Source of the DNA: a virus | Taxonomy: Duplodnaviria > Caudoviricetes | DNA length: 56,616 nt | Reading direction: 5' to 3' (one strand) | IMG/VR virus record: IMGVR_UViG_3300044641_000673 | Location: 1 to 56,616 of that record | Shown: positions 35,795-45,099 of the stretch, one piece after another | Numbering within the stretch: the stretch's first letter is position 1 | Layout: each line of letters opens with the position of its first letter | Made by a program: the position numbers and the translations under genes | Notes under the pieces: model-generated | Told to the model about the DNA's origin: nothing | Seen by the model: the letters and a program-made list of their open reading frames with translations, nothing else | Databases searched by the model: none

Positions 35795-36589
35795 TTAGAG
35801 ATAAGCTATGTTTAATGTTCCACTGTCGAAAGTTCCACCAGTCAAAATTTTTAATTTTGTTAAAGTGCCGCCTAAATTTATTGATCCTGTGGATAAAAAT
35901 ATTGATGCTGTTACTGTGCTACCTAACGTATTCTGTGCCGCCCAATAATTGTTTGTTGAATCAACTAAAGTTAATATTATTTGACCGTTGTAAAACGCAG
36001 TGGCATTACCATCACCTATAGCCATATATTCAAACGTACTGGAATTAAAAGCCTGACTACTGCCATCAAATCGCATAGATTGCGATTGTGTTACGCCTGT
36101 TGCATAACCTGCTGATTTTCCTAATTGCACAGTTATATCATTTGCACCTACACCAAGTGATATCCTATAAAAAGTAACAATAATACTTTTAATCCCGGCA
36201 GGTAAACTGGTAAATTCAATTGAAGTTGAACCTGACGCTGCAACAGGAGTTCCTAATGTATAACCAGCAGATACCGTCGCCCAACTTGGCGCTCCAGCAC
36301 CGTTTGTTTGAAGCAATTGCCCTGCCGTACCGACTGCCAGCATCTGAGTTGTGCCTGCGGCTGATTGGTAAGGAATAGTCCCGTTGGAGCCGCCAGCTAA
36401 ATTGGTTGCGGTAGAAGAAGTCCCAGAAAAGCTAGGTGCGGTAACAGCGCCAGCAAAAGTTGCTGATTGATCTGTGCCCAGCGTTAACGCCGTTGTGGTT
36501 CCGTTTGTTTGAAAGACCAGCGTACCGGCGGTATTACCGGTGCTTACTAGCGCCGTGCCTGATGTGGTTCCTGCTGAAATCGTACTCAT
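35795..36589 (-). CDS. Tail fibre protein
   Basis: ATNLAGG..IPYQSAAG...GTAGQLLQTNGAGAPSW; C-terminal SIEFTSLP...FDSGTLNI head domain. Confidence 0.7.
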   Translation of the reverse strand: MSTISAGTTSGTALVSTGNTAGTLVFQTNGTTTALTLGTDQSATFAGAVTAPSFSGTSSTATNLAGGSNGTIPYQSAAGTTQMLAVGTAGQLLQTNGAGAPSWATVSAGYTLGTPVAASGSTSIEFTSLPAGIKSIIVTFYRISLGVGANDITVQLGKSAGYATGVTQSQSMRFDGSSQAFNSSTFEYMAIGDGNATAFYNGQIILTLVDSTNNYWAAQNTLGSTVTASIFLSTGSINLGGTLTKLKILTGGTFDSGTLNIAYL

Positions 36590-36598
36590 GGTATTTCC

Positions 36599-37027
36599 TT
36601 ATAAAACAACCCAGCGCTGGCCGGAAGAAACTGTAACCGCAAAACCGCTAGAAACTGTGATCGGTCCAACTGAAAACCCGTTTGTACCGGAGGCAATAGT
36701 GTAATTCACACCGATGGTTGTGTTGTTAATAATTATTGCGCCACCCGCGCCTGAGATGCTACCGCCTGAGTTAGACCAAGCTAGGTTTCCGGATCCGTCA
36801 GTGGAGATGACCTGATTTGCTGAACCGTCAGTGGTAGGATATTTCAACCCCGCAGGGTTGTTCATGATGCGCGTAACAGTGCCTGATGCGTTTTCGGCAA
36901 ACAAAGCCATGTCAGTGTCAGCGATGTTGAAACCCAGCTCTCCTGGCAGCAGGTTAGCCGCAGAAGGTACAGCCGCGCCTGTCGTCGTGCGATAAAGCTG
37001 AATAGGTGTGAAACCTGATGCCGCCAT
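36599..37027 (-). CDS. Short tail fibre/adaptor protein
   Basis: TPIQLY...PSAANL..GELGFN..D N-terminus; GPITVSSG..VTVSSGQRWVVL C-terminus. Confidence 0.65.
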   Translation of the reverse strand: MAASGFTPIQLYRTTTGAAVPSAANLLPGELGFNIADTDMALFAENASGTVTRIMNNPAGLKYPTTDGSANQVISTDGSGNLAWSNSGGSISGAGGAIIINNTTIGVNYTIASGTNGFSVGPITVSSGFAVTVSSGQRWVVL

Positions 37028-37031
37028 GGTG

Positions 37032-37376
37032 TTACCTCAAATTCTCAAGTTTGTACAAAGTTTTCATATGCATACCGGTGAGTTCATCAACGATATTCTC
37101 TAAGGCTGGGACACCCTTAGCAACTTTGCTACGGTTTTCATTCAGCCAAATTATATCATCATGAATCGTTTTTGCAATGCTTTTTTCCTGCTCACCGACT
37201 TCGCCAATGATTCCGAAAGTGCCTTGATACGCCTCAATCAGCTCGTCTAGCTGCTCGATGACGTCCTCGTAGTAATGCCCGAGGGCTTTATGCTCAGCGT
37301 ATGATTTTGTTTTCCAGTGCGCGATGTGAGCCGCGTTTCTAGCGTGGAATAGGCGCTCGATTAATTCTTCAATCAT
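37032..37376 (-). CDS. Ferritin/Dps-like four-helix protein (DUF5856-like)
   Basis: HIAHW...YAEHKALGHYYE...DELIEAYQG...NIVDE...YKL. Confidence 0.75.
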   Translation of the reverse strand: MIEELIERLFHARNAAHIAHWKTKSYAEHKALGHYYEDVIEQLDELIEAYQGTFGIIGEVGEQEKSIAKTIHDDIIWLNENRSKVAKGVPALENIVDELTGMHMKTLYKLENLR

Positions 37377-39856
37377 CAGAATGTGCCTCCCGAGATGCCA
37401 CCCCAAGCCGGAACGCTTGTGCCCGCAGAGACTAAAACTTGCCCCGCTGTACCGTTGGCAATGAAAGCTGTCACCCCTGCACCGCTTTGATACGGTATCT
37501 GACTCGCTACACCGCCAGCAAGATTAGTTGCCGTTCCAACAGATAGCGTACTTTGAGCTGCGTTCTCCCAGCGTTGGTCGACGCTATCGTAAACAATCAT
37601 GTCGCCCGCAGTAAGGGTGCCAAATTGCACATTTCCGTCTGTGCCACCAAGCACTGAACCAAACGAAGGTCTTACAAACAAGATGCCAACTGAAGCGCTA
37701 ACGTGAACAACAGCCGCCATAATAGCGATTGCATTTGGGGTTGTAGGTTTGGTTTTAGTTAAACCGCCGGTCACCGCTGGGTTGTAGTAAAGAATCTGGC
37801 CTTGCACCCAAGACTCCGCACCGCCTGTCGTATTGATACCTTTAACTTCGCCAAAAGAACTTACGAATATCCAATCGTTGTTTACGCCACTCTCGTCAGC
37901 AATACCAAGAAGATAATTGGATTGATCAGCTGTTAAGCCTGTTGCTGCAGAACCGACCAAGCCTCCAGATGCGCCGACCGTCCCAGCAAACATCACAACC
38001 TGACCTTTGGTTATAGCTCCTGAACATTTAATTCTATAGAACTGCTCTTGACCTATGTGCTGCACAACGCTACCGTTCATCTGGAACGAAAGCGTGTTGA
38101 ACTGGTCAGTGTTATCGTAGTAAATTTTACCTGTCGCGTCTGTTGGTAATGGCGAAAGCGTAGCGTCAAACTGTATAAAGTCTGGAGATGATATACCGCC
38201 AGTAACACCAGACATTGAAGTGATGTCTGAATTTGCTCCGGACGCGGCAGCAACTAGGTTTGTTCGCGCAGTCCCTGCATCTGTAGCACCCGTACCACCA
38301 TTAGCTATAGCCAATGTGCCAGCTAAAGTAATTGCGCCAGTTGTGGCAGAAGCAGGAGTTAAACCAGTCGTTCCACCTGCAAATGTGGTAACTCCGCCAG
38401 CGGGGGCAGGTTGCCATGAGGCTGTTGTGCCGTTAGACGATAAAAGATACCCGTTAGCACCAATAGCTAAGCGGGTAGCGCTGTTTGTCCCGTTACCGAG
38501 TATCAGGTCGCCGGTTGTGGTGATAGGCGACAGCGCGTTAAACGCGGCAGAAGCTGTAGTCTGCCCAGTACCGCCAGAGCCAATCGCAAGGGTCGTAGAC
38601 AAACCAGCCGCAGTACCCGTAGTGTTCTGGTTCCATGTAGGAATAGCGCCAGCCAAGTCTGCGTAAGCAATACTAACCACACCGGTCTGACCATTGACAG
38701 AACTGACCAAGTTGGTTTGGTCAATCTTCTGCCATACCGTGCCGTTGAAGATCGCCCAATCGCCAACTTGCCAGTCAGTGATACCGTTCAGATTAGTTGA
38801 ACCAGCAACCGAGACAATGTAGTAGTAACCATTTACACCGACGCTAGAAGCCAATGTAGGCGTGTTAGTTGATGCGTTCCATGAACCTTGGTACGACAGA
38901 CCGCCGGTAAAACTTGAAGTTGTAATGCTTGTGATCACACCTTTTGAGTTGACCGTCACCACAGGAATTGCAGTAGACGAGCCGTAGGTGTTGGCGGTCA
39001 CGCCGGAGGCTGGCAGGTCAGCGTTAACTAGTGAGCGAAAAGCCGTAGGAGCGGCAGCTCCGGCAGCGGGACCAGCGTAAACCACGTTAGCTGGCTGATC
39101 TACCACCAAAAGCGCAGAACCCCATGTAGGCGCTCCAGCACCACCAGAGACTAATACTTGACCAGCAAGTCCGACGGGTCCAATATACAGCCCGTCAGCA
39201 CCAGACCAAACAATAGCACCTGCCGCAGCCACTAAGCTCCGCGCCGTACCACCATTACCCAGCCCGAGAATATTGTCTACTTGATCATCAGCTGACAAGT
39301 CAACGGCAGGGTGTTTGTGATCGCTGCGAGCGAGGGTGTTTGCCGCGCCCGCCGAGCCGGTTTGAAAACCCGCTTGTGGTGCGCTGGCGCTATAGCTGGC
39401 GGCTAACGTGACGTTACTGCTCAACAAACCGCCGCCGGTCAAGCCGTTACCGGCAATCACTTGCGTGCTCGTAGGTACGTAGCCTGAAATAGCAGCGGGG
39501 ATTGTTGTAGCCGCAGTTACGCGACCGGTGCTGTCAACAGTAAAAACAGGAATGTTTGTCGCATTACCGTAAACACCTGAAGCTACGCCGGTGTCAGACA
39601 ACAGCGTGCCGTTGACCCCTTTAGGGGCAACGCTCAGGGTCACATTACCCGTCAGCTGGCCACCGCCGGTCATACCCGTACCGGCGATCACCTGCGTGCT
39701 AGTAGGCACGCCCGCAACGCTGAGCAGGTCACCGACGCGGATTTGGTAGTTGTTACCCTGATAGACGATCATCATCAGGCTGTTTTCATCAGCCACGGGA
39801 GCAACAGGTAACTGCGTAATTCGCGTAGGTATTAGATTACTTGGGACATCAGACAT
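37376..39856 (-). CDS. Long tail fibre protein
   Basis: RITQLP anchor; repeated YG....IPV.TV...G.VT, AG.GLTGGG, GGTG.TTA and YQGSWNASTNTPTL modules. Confidence 0.78.
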   Translation of the reverse strand: MSDVPSNLIPTRITQLPVAPVADENSLMMIVYQGNNYQIRVGDLLSVAGVPTSTQVIAGTGMTGGGQLTGNVTLSVAPKGVNGTLLSDTGVASGVYGNATNIPVFTVDSTGRVTAATTIPAAISGYVPTSTQVIAGNGLTGGGLLSSNVTLAASYSASAPQAGFQTGSAGAANTLARSDHKHPAVDLSADDQVDNILGLGNGGTARSLVAAAGAIVWSGADGLYIGPVGLAGQVLVSGGAGAPTWGSALLVVDQPANVVYAGPAAGAAAPTAFRSLVNADLPASGVTANTYGSSTAIPVVTVNSKGVITSITTSSFTGGLSYQGSWNASTNTPTLASSVGVNGYYYIVSVAGSTNLNGITDWQVGDWAIFNGTVWQKIDQTNLVSSVNGQTGVVSIAYADLAGAIPTWNQNTTGTAAGLSTTLAIGSGGTGQTTASAAFNALSPITTTGDLILGNGTNSATRLAIGANGYLLSSNGTTASWQPAPAGGVTTFAGGTTGLTPASATTGAITLAGTLAIANGGTGATDAGTARTNLVAAASGANSDITSMSGVTGGISSPDFIQFDATLSPLPTDATGKIYYDNTDQFNTLSFQMNGSVVQHIGQEQFYRIKCSGAITKGQVVMFAGTVGASGGLVGSAATGLTADQSNYLLGIADESGVNNDWIFVSSFGEVKGINTTGGAESWVQGQILYYNPAVTGGLTKTKPTTPNAIAIMAAVVHVSASVGILFVRPSFGSVLGGTDGNVQFGTLTAGDMIVYDSVDQRWENAAQSTLSVGTATNLAGGVASQIPYQSGAGVTAFIANGTAGQVLVSAGTSVPAWGGISGGTF

Positions 39857-40159
39857 TTAGAACTCCAAATAGCCATCACCGTCTTCGGTAATGAAAAACT
39901 CATCACCGGCTTCTTGAATGACGCCAGCCGGATGAGTGTTGATCGGGGTGTCCGGACGATTGAACGGGAGGACGATTTGATCAGGACGACGCGGCGCAAG
40001 GCGGTAAGGGTCGTACTCATCGCGGTCTTCTTCACAGACCATAAGGCCAGGATAGTTCGGGTCGGGAGCCAGCTCAGAGAGCAACATCTTACGCGAGCAA
40101 CGACCGCAAATGGCAATACCATACGTCGGTTGTCCGCTCGGGTCAAGAAAGACGCTCAT
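39857..40159 (-). CDS. Small Cys-containing virion-arm protein
   Basis: ICGRC...LMVC; between adaptor and fibre genes. Confidence 0.68.
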   Translation of the reverse strand: MSVFLDPSGQPTYGIAICGRCSRKMLLSELAPDPNYPGLMVCEEDRDEYDPYRLAPRRPDQIVLPFNRPDTPINTHPAGVIQEAGDEFFITEDGDGYLEF

Positions 40160-41136
40160 TTAGTGTACACCCCGATACCAGGATTGATCTGAATAGGCGA
40201 ACCGTCATTGTCACCGTCCCACGCACGCTGCAAGCTCATAGCCGCTTTCTGGTCAAGCATGGGAATAAGTTGCGCGTCAACTTGCGGAGTCTCGGAAGCG
40301 ACCTTCGCTGTCAAATTGTCAACGATCGCATTGAGCCAGCGCTGAGGCACTTCTACGTCTTGTTGAAGGTTCGCAGTGTCCATTATCTGACGATGGCGCC
40401 AGAGGATCAACTGAGCCTGTTCAGCGGCGATAAACGGCGCTGGCCAGAGGTAAACCACCGGCTCAGGCAGGTCACGCTGAAAATAATAATTGCTAGGGCG
40501 ACCAGGAAATACTTTATTGCTCTGGTTGACGTAGCTGTCGCGGTTCAACTGCCCGAGGGGAATCTCTTGAGGCATGTTGCCGAGACTGATTACCGCGTAG
40601 TTGAAAGTTGCCGTAGAGGTAATTCTGAAGTACTGGTAGGGTAGCGCCCCAGAAATGTCTGTCCACGTAATCTCGCCCGCGCTCGCAGTGCCCGTGTAGG
40701 TTCCTACGGTAACCCAGACTGTCCCGTTTGTGCTCACCTGAAAAGTCAGCGGAGTTGAAGCACCCGACCACTCAACACCGACCGTATCTACGGCGGTCTG
40801 GGTGGTGAAGTTTACGGTGTACGAAGTTGATGTGGCTACGGTAGCGCCAGTCAGAGGTTGAATCGTACGGTAGTTCAGGTTGAGAACCTCGACCGTGCCT
40901 ACCGGAAGCGTCACGATAGGTTGGTTCTGGTACATCGGTAGAATCACTTCCTCAATACACCAGCTAGGCGTTTTGATGCTCGCCAACTCTGACAGGAACA
41001 AATAGAGAGACTCTAGAGCATAGGTCTGCATTTCGGCTGTGATAGCCTGAGCGGGCAAACGGCAGCGCCTGAAGGCGTGGTCTACCACCTTCAGCGCGTT
41101 AAACGTCGTTGTGCTCACTGTGCCGGAATATGCCAT
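40156..41136 (-). CDS. Head-tail connector / tail tubular protein
   Basis: SGT..F....VVDHAFRRC; LNRDSY..QSNK..PGRP..YYFQR...VYLWPAP; VPQRW. Confidence 0.65.
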   Translation of the reverse strand: MAYSGTVSTTTFNALKVVDHAFRRCRLPAQAITAEMQTYALESLYLFLSELASIKTPSWCIEEVILPMYQNQPIVTLPVGTVEVLNLNYRTIQPLTGATVATSTSYTVNFTTQTAVDTVGVEWSGASTPLTFQVSTNGTVWVTVGTYTGTASAGEITWTDISGALPYQYFRITSTATFNYAVISLGNMPQEIPLGQLNRDSYVNQSNKVFPGRPSNYYFQRDLPEPVVYLWPAPFIAAEQAQLILWRHRQIMDTANLQQDVEVPQRWLNAIVDNLTAKVASETPQVDAQLIPMLDQKAAMSLQRAWDGDNDGSPIQINPGIGVYTK

Positions 41137-41193
41137 ACTAACCCTATTTTGTAGTCAGATGGCTGCTGTCCTAGCACGCCCGAGATTGACAAA

Positions 41194-41221
41194 TTATAAT
41201 TCAACCCTGCTAAAAAGCAAA
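41194..41221 (-). promoter_or_regulatory. sigma70-type promoter for the tail operon
   Basis: Minus strand TTGCTT-about 16 nt-TATAAT. Confidence 0.55.
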
Positions 41222-41226
41222 GGGAA

Positions 41227-41688
41227 TTAGCAATTACTCTTACCCATTTTGCCGCCCTTAGACATGGCAGAACCGCCGCGATTCATCATCATTTTGTCTC
41301 CAGGCAAATTAGGCGCAGTGTTCATCGAGGTTTCGCCAGGATTTTTATTGGCAATGACGCCCAAAGCACCGCGATTCTTCAACATACCTTTAGGAGCAGA
41401 TGGCGCTTTTACAGGCTCACGCTGGATTACCTCTTTGCGCATCATACGGGGGGCTTCCATAACTTTGCCGCCTTTAGCCATACCTTTGAGTTCGTTTTTG
41501 TCATAGCGCATTTCAGAACGAACGCGAGACATTTCACGACCCGCGTCACGCTGCTTAGCAGACACGCGATTCAGTTCTTCTCGTTCATTGCGAATAGTGT
41601 CTTTGACGCGAGCCTCACCGCCCTTAGCGTAACCTTTAGCCATACCGCCTGATGAGAAATTAAAATCTTTAACTTTTCCGACTGTCAT
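41227..41688 (-). CDS. Basic Met/Lys/Gly-rich protein with repeated AKGG motifs (internal core-like)
   Basis: Start MTVGKV; FSSGG, YAKGG, MAKGG, MNRGG, MSKGG. Confidence 0.72.
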   Translation of the reverse strand: MTVGKVKDFNFSSGGMAKGYAKGGEARVKDTIRNEREELNRVSAKQRDAGREMSRVRSEMRYDKNELKGMAKGGKVMEAPRMMRKEVIQREPVKAPSAPKGMLKNRGALGVIANKNPGETSMNTAPNLPGDKMMMNRGGSAMSKGGKMGKSNC

Positions 41689-41698
41689 GTCAAACTCC

Positions 41699-42109
41699 TT
41701 ATTGGCTAGCGTATGTTTTGAGGGCTTCAATAGTGATCGTATAACGATCACCTGCGGTAGCGCCTACAGTGCTGAACAAAACGTCACCGGTTTTGCCTGT
41801 ACCAGCGTTGTTCGGGAAGCCACCAAAAGAGCTATAGTCCATAAAATAGAACTGATTTTCTGGAATCGTTTCACAGAGCAGGTCTGTAGTTGCATCCCAA
41901 AGAATGTCAACACCCATACCTTGCGTTTGTGCCCAGATCTTGTTGATCTTGACGCCGTTGCACGCTAAGCTAAAAGAATTGGGATTGAGCGTAGAAACGT
42001 CAATTTTCAAAACAGCGGCTTCACCCGTACCGTCTGAAATATTTGTAAATTTGGCGATGAACAGTCGTTCACCGTCAAGGATCGTTTGCGATGTTACTGC
42101 ATCAGCCAT
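41699..42109 (-). CDS. Virion structural protein (beta-sandwich)
   Basis: 136 aa downstream of the MCP and decoration genes. Confidence 0.65.
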   Translation of the reverse strand: MADAVTSQTILDGERLFIAKFTNISDGTGEAAVLKIDVSTLNPNSFSLACNGVKINKIWAQTQGMGVDILWDATTDLLCETIPENQFYFMDYSSFGGFPNNAGTGKTGDVLFSTVGATAGDRYTITIEALKTYASQ

Positions 42110-42111
42110 AA

Positions 42112-42279
42112 TTACTCCCCCGTCTCGGGTTGAATTGGTTCAGGTGCGTCTAATCGACCCACCAACATTTTATACGCCGCAATAGTGGCTTGAGCTTGAA
42201 GCACAAAGGTTTGCGCCTTCTGTGCTTCAGACTCAAGGTCAAGAATCTCAGATTCCAAGAACTCCTTGGTTATCTGCAT
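42112..42279 (-). CDS. Small coiled-coil protein (55 aa, MQITKEFLESEILDLE...)
   Basis: Translated by hand; TAATG overlap with the upstream gene. Confidence 0.68.
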   Translation of the reverse strand: MQITKEFLESEILDLESEAQKAQTFVLQAQATIAAYKMLVGRLDAPEPIQPETGE

Positions 42280-42878
42280 TATGCAAAAGTAGAGTAAGCG
42301 GGAACGTAGTACACAGTACCGCCGATCATCACTTTGATCGCTTTAGCCACGGTAGTCACACTGGTTGCAGTTGGCGCAATAGTAGCGGCAGGAGCTGTCT
42401 CAATGTTCATCAACAAAGGAACTTCACCGGTGTTTGCACCGCTGTCAGAAACTCGGATGAACGAAGCCGTGGCGGGCAAAGTTGCGTTAACAGAATAATC
42501 TGTATCCAACTGCAGAACAGCCAAAGTGCCGCCTGGAGTAGCTACAGAACCCCCCAAAGTTGCACGGATCGCGTTAGCCGCACCAGAAATTGTGCCGCCC
42601 GTGTTAATTGAAGTAGAGATGTGAGCACCGTTGATTGTGCCGCCTGTAGCGCCGTTAGCACCCGTTACTCGGGTCAAAGCACGAAATGTTTCGCCTGAAC
42701 CTGTAGAGGTAAAAGTCAACCGATTGTACGACAAACGTGTATCGCCAGTGGTTGCAGAAGTTGTAGCAAATGCAGCGTTAATGTTTTCCGCTGTAGTTAC
42801 AGAAAGGGGGGCAGATGAAGTGCCAGTTTCAAAGCCGTTAAGCGATACTACTGGTCCTGTGAAGGTGGTCGTTGCCAT
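42279..42878 (-). CDS. Capsid decoration / head fibre protein
   Basis: MATTTFTGPV.S.NGF N-terminus, Thr/Ala-rich, directly after the MCP gene. Confidence 0.62.
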   Translation of the reverse strand: MATTTFTGPVVSLNGFETGTSSAPLSVTTAENINAAFATTSATTGDTRLSYNRLTFTSTGSGETFRALTRVTGANGATGGTINGAHISTSINTGGTISGAANAIRATLGGSVATPGGTLAVLQLDTDYSVNATLPATASFIRVSDSGANTGEVPLLMNIETAPAATIAPTATSVTTVAKAIKVMIGGTVYYVPAYSTFA

Positions 42879-42883
42879 GATGT

Positions 42884-42950
42884 TTCCTTACATGCAAGTT
42901 TTGCGCAACCGTCTGCATGTCGTCGGCAAGGGCGTGCCGTCTGTTGCGCG
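42884..42950 (-). ncRNA. Putative cis-regulatory pseudoknot in the 5' UTR of the decoration gene
   Basis: GCGCAAC/GUUGCGC, CGGCA/UGCCG and crossing ACAUGCA/UGCAUGU stems; the last strand abuts the AAGGA SD. Confidence 0.55.
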
Positions 42951-42966
42951 GGGATTAAAAGTGCCC

Positions 42967-42994
42967 AGAAAACACCCCCCTTGCGGAGAGTGTT
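42967..42994 (-). terminator. Hairpin/terminator after the MCP gene
   Basis: AACACUCUCC-GCAA-GGGGGGUGUU then UUCU; GNRA loop and G-U pairs form only on the minus strand. Confidence 0.65.
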
Positions 42995-43016
42995 CACTTG
43001 ATTCTTTAGTTAAAAA

Positions 43017-43931
43017 TCAAACGCCAGCTGTACCGTACACGCCACGTGGGTCAGTCCAACCCACTGTGTAACGCTCAGTCGCCTTGTAGCGCATAGAGTC
43101 AGTCTCGAAGTCACCTTCCATAGACTTCTCCAAGCCACGACGCATCATCAACTTCAAGCCTTCAGGCGCGTCGGTCTGCACCCACCATGCGGTAGATGAA
43201 GTGATACGTGACAAGTTAGCTTGGCCATCAGCCAGCAAGCCCATGGACTTAACTGGGTTGATGTCGTTGTCGGCTGTGCCGGTGCGCAAAACGCTCTTCA
43301 ACAGAACTTCAGCTTGGAACACGTTGGAAGGACCGGAGACGATCTTCTTAGGTGTCAAACGGATACGCTTACCGTTGTTGTCAACGGCGTTGCGGATCTG
43401 AATAAGCATCTGCTCAAGAGAGGTTTGTGACAAGTTAGCGGGTGTGGTCAGCTGGTTGCTGAACGTGCCGTTAACGATGGGGTGGGCAGTGTTAGTCAAC
43501 GACACACCGTCACCGCCAACATACGCGCCGTTGAAAGCGCGGTTCAAGATGTTAGCAGAGAGGGTTTCCTTAGTCTCAATCAAAGACTGCGCCAAGTGCT
43601 TGGCGTAGGTCTGACCGATACGGATGTGGTCGCCGTCTTCTACGAGGACTTTGGTCAAGCTGAATGCGAGGCCATAGACTTTGTAGAGGTAACGCTGCAA
43701 GAACAACACGCCACCAGACTGGTAAGAAACAGCCATACCGTCGGGCAACTCAGGCGCTGCGCCAAAACCATAAAGAACGGGTTCTTCATGGTAGTTGCGA
43801 GGAATGCCTTTTTGCTCGCGGAAGACCATCTTCCACTCGTCAGCTCGTTGGTCATAAACACCGTCGAACACTTCGTTGAGGATAGGCTCAACTACGGATC
43901 TAAAGTCCGTACTACGCATTGGGGTAGCCAT
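43017..43931 (-). CDS. Major capsid protein (HK97 fold)
   Basis: 304 aa; EE...GFG.AP...G..V.Y, GGDGVSL...AHP, LSQTSLE..LIQI, EGDFET..MRYKA.ERY..GW.DPRG. Confidence 0.9.
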   Translation of the reverse strand: MATPMRSTDFRSVVEPILNEVFDGVYDQRADEWKMVFREQKGIPRNYHEEPVLYGFGAAPELPDGMAVSYQSGGVLFLQRYLYKVYGLAFSLTKVLVEDGDHIRIGQTYAKHLAQSLIETKETLSANILNRAFNGAYVGGDGVSLTNTAHPIVNGTFSNQLTTPANLSQTSLEQMLIQIRNAVDNNGKRIRLTPKKIVSGPSNVFQAEVLLKSVLRTGTADNDINPVKSMGLLADGQANLSRITSSTAWWVQTDAPEGLKLMMRRGLEKSMEGDFETDSMRYKATERYTVGWTDPRGVYGTAGV

Positions 43932-43944
43932 AATTTAGCCCTCC

Positions 43945-44538
43945 TTAAACAGAATTCACAGCAGCTTTGTAGTGGTGTTCGTTGATACGAACAGACACAA
44001 CTACATACGCGTCAGTGAGGGAGTCATTGATTTCATATCCAAAGCCAGTGATCTGGAATTGACCAGATGTAGCTTGAATGGCGGTCAGGAAAGTGTTTGA
44101 CAAACCTGTTTGTGTTGAGCCACCAGGAGAGGCGACTGTCCAATCACATTCTTCGCCGACAGCTGTTTGCACAGTTGTACCGGTAGAAGGATTGTTGTAT
44201 TGAACATCAAACAAAGTTTCAGGGTCATCATACACCCAAGCAATAATCTCTGTACCAGTCGCGCCAGTAGGCCAGAAAGGAGAGATTGTAGGCTTACCGG
44301 AGGCATCATAATATTGGCAACCTGCAAAGATTCCCAACAAAGAAATACCATCGGTTGTACCTGAACGAGTACCGTCAGACGTACCGAGTTGAATAACACC
44401 GTTATCAGTCAACTTCACGGGGTCACCGCTAAAGATGTTGGCTGCGTAGGTGCTCGCGATTGCATAGGCTTTAGGGCGCATCTGACCACTGTTGTGGTAA
44501 GACGCACGGAAGCCAAATGGTGCACTTATCGAAGACAT
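43945..44538 (-). CDS. Capsid auxiliary/cement protein
   Basis: APFGFR, IFSGDPV, GIFAGCQY, VYDDP; directly upstream of the MCP gene. Confidence 0.65.
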   Translation of the reverse strand: MSSISAPFGFRASYHNSGQMRPKAYAIASTYAANIFSGDPVKLTDNGVIQLGTSDGTRSGTTDGISLLGIFAGCQYYDASGKPTISPFWPTGATGTEIIAWVYDDPETLFDVQYNNPSTGTTVQTAVGEECDWTVASPGGSTQTGLSNTFLTAIQATSGQFQITGFGYEINDSLTDAYVVVSVRINEHHYKAAVNSV

Positions 44539-44568
44539 AGTTGCTCCTAAATGGATTAAAAAGTTGCG

Positions 44569-45099
44569 TCAGGAAAGATCAAACTGAGCTTCCCGCTGTT
44601 GCCCTATTTCCATATTGCCGTCTCCCATGGTCAGTCGCGACTTAGATGTGCGAGCTTGCTGCTCGAGGAACTCGGCGGTGTCGCTGAGTTTCTCTTCTTC
44701 ACGCAGGGGTGCATCGTGATGCGCCTCCTTCATGTATTTCTCGTAAAGAGAAATAGGCAGCTTAAAAGCCAACATCTCATTCACCCCAATAAGCCCAGCC
44801 CAGTCACCCGTTTTAAGGGTCGCGTAATCCCAGCCAGGAACGTCTTCTGGCTTCAAAGGCTCGTAGCCTAAGCGGATCCGCATGTGGATCGAGTCACGAG
44901 GGTTAGTCGTGGTCAGCCAGCAACAATGCCAGCCGGAGAGTTTCGGTAAGTCCGGTAATGAGGACTGAAAAAACTGCTGACGGAACATTTCAACCCGCTC
45001 ATCTTCGGTAACCTCTCGGTTTTGTGTGACTGTGCGATCTAACATCGCACGGCTTTCACGACCGTCTCCTGCGGATTTCTTCAAGCGTTCGTCTGTCAT
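44569..45099 (-). CDS. Conserved head-module protein
   Basis: LP..P...GWH.CW......R.RLGYEP...IGVNEMLAFK; between scaffold and cement genes. Confidence 0.7.
   Translation of the reverse strand: MTDERLKKSAGDGRESRAMLDRTVTQNREVTEDERVEMFRQQFFQSSLPDLPKLSGWHCCWLTTTNPRDSIHMRIRLGYEPLKPEDVPGWDYATLKTGDWAGLIGVNEMLAFKLPISLYEKYMKEAHHDAPLREEEKLSDTAEFLEQQARTSKSRLTMGDGNMEIGQQREAQFDLS

Noticed and set aside
32439-39856. Diversity-generating retroelement or invertase shufflon acting on the fibres
   Set aside because: No reverse transcriptase or recombinase; I saw no adenine-specific TR/VR pair or inverted crossover sites
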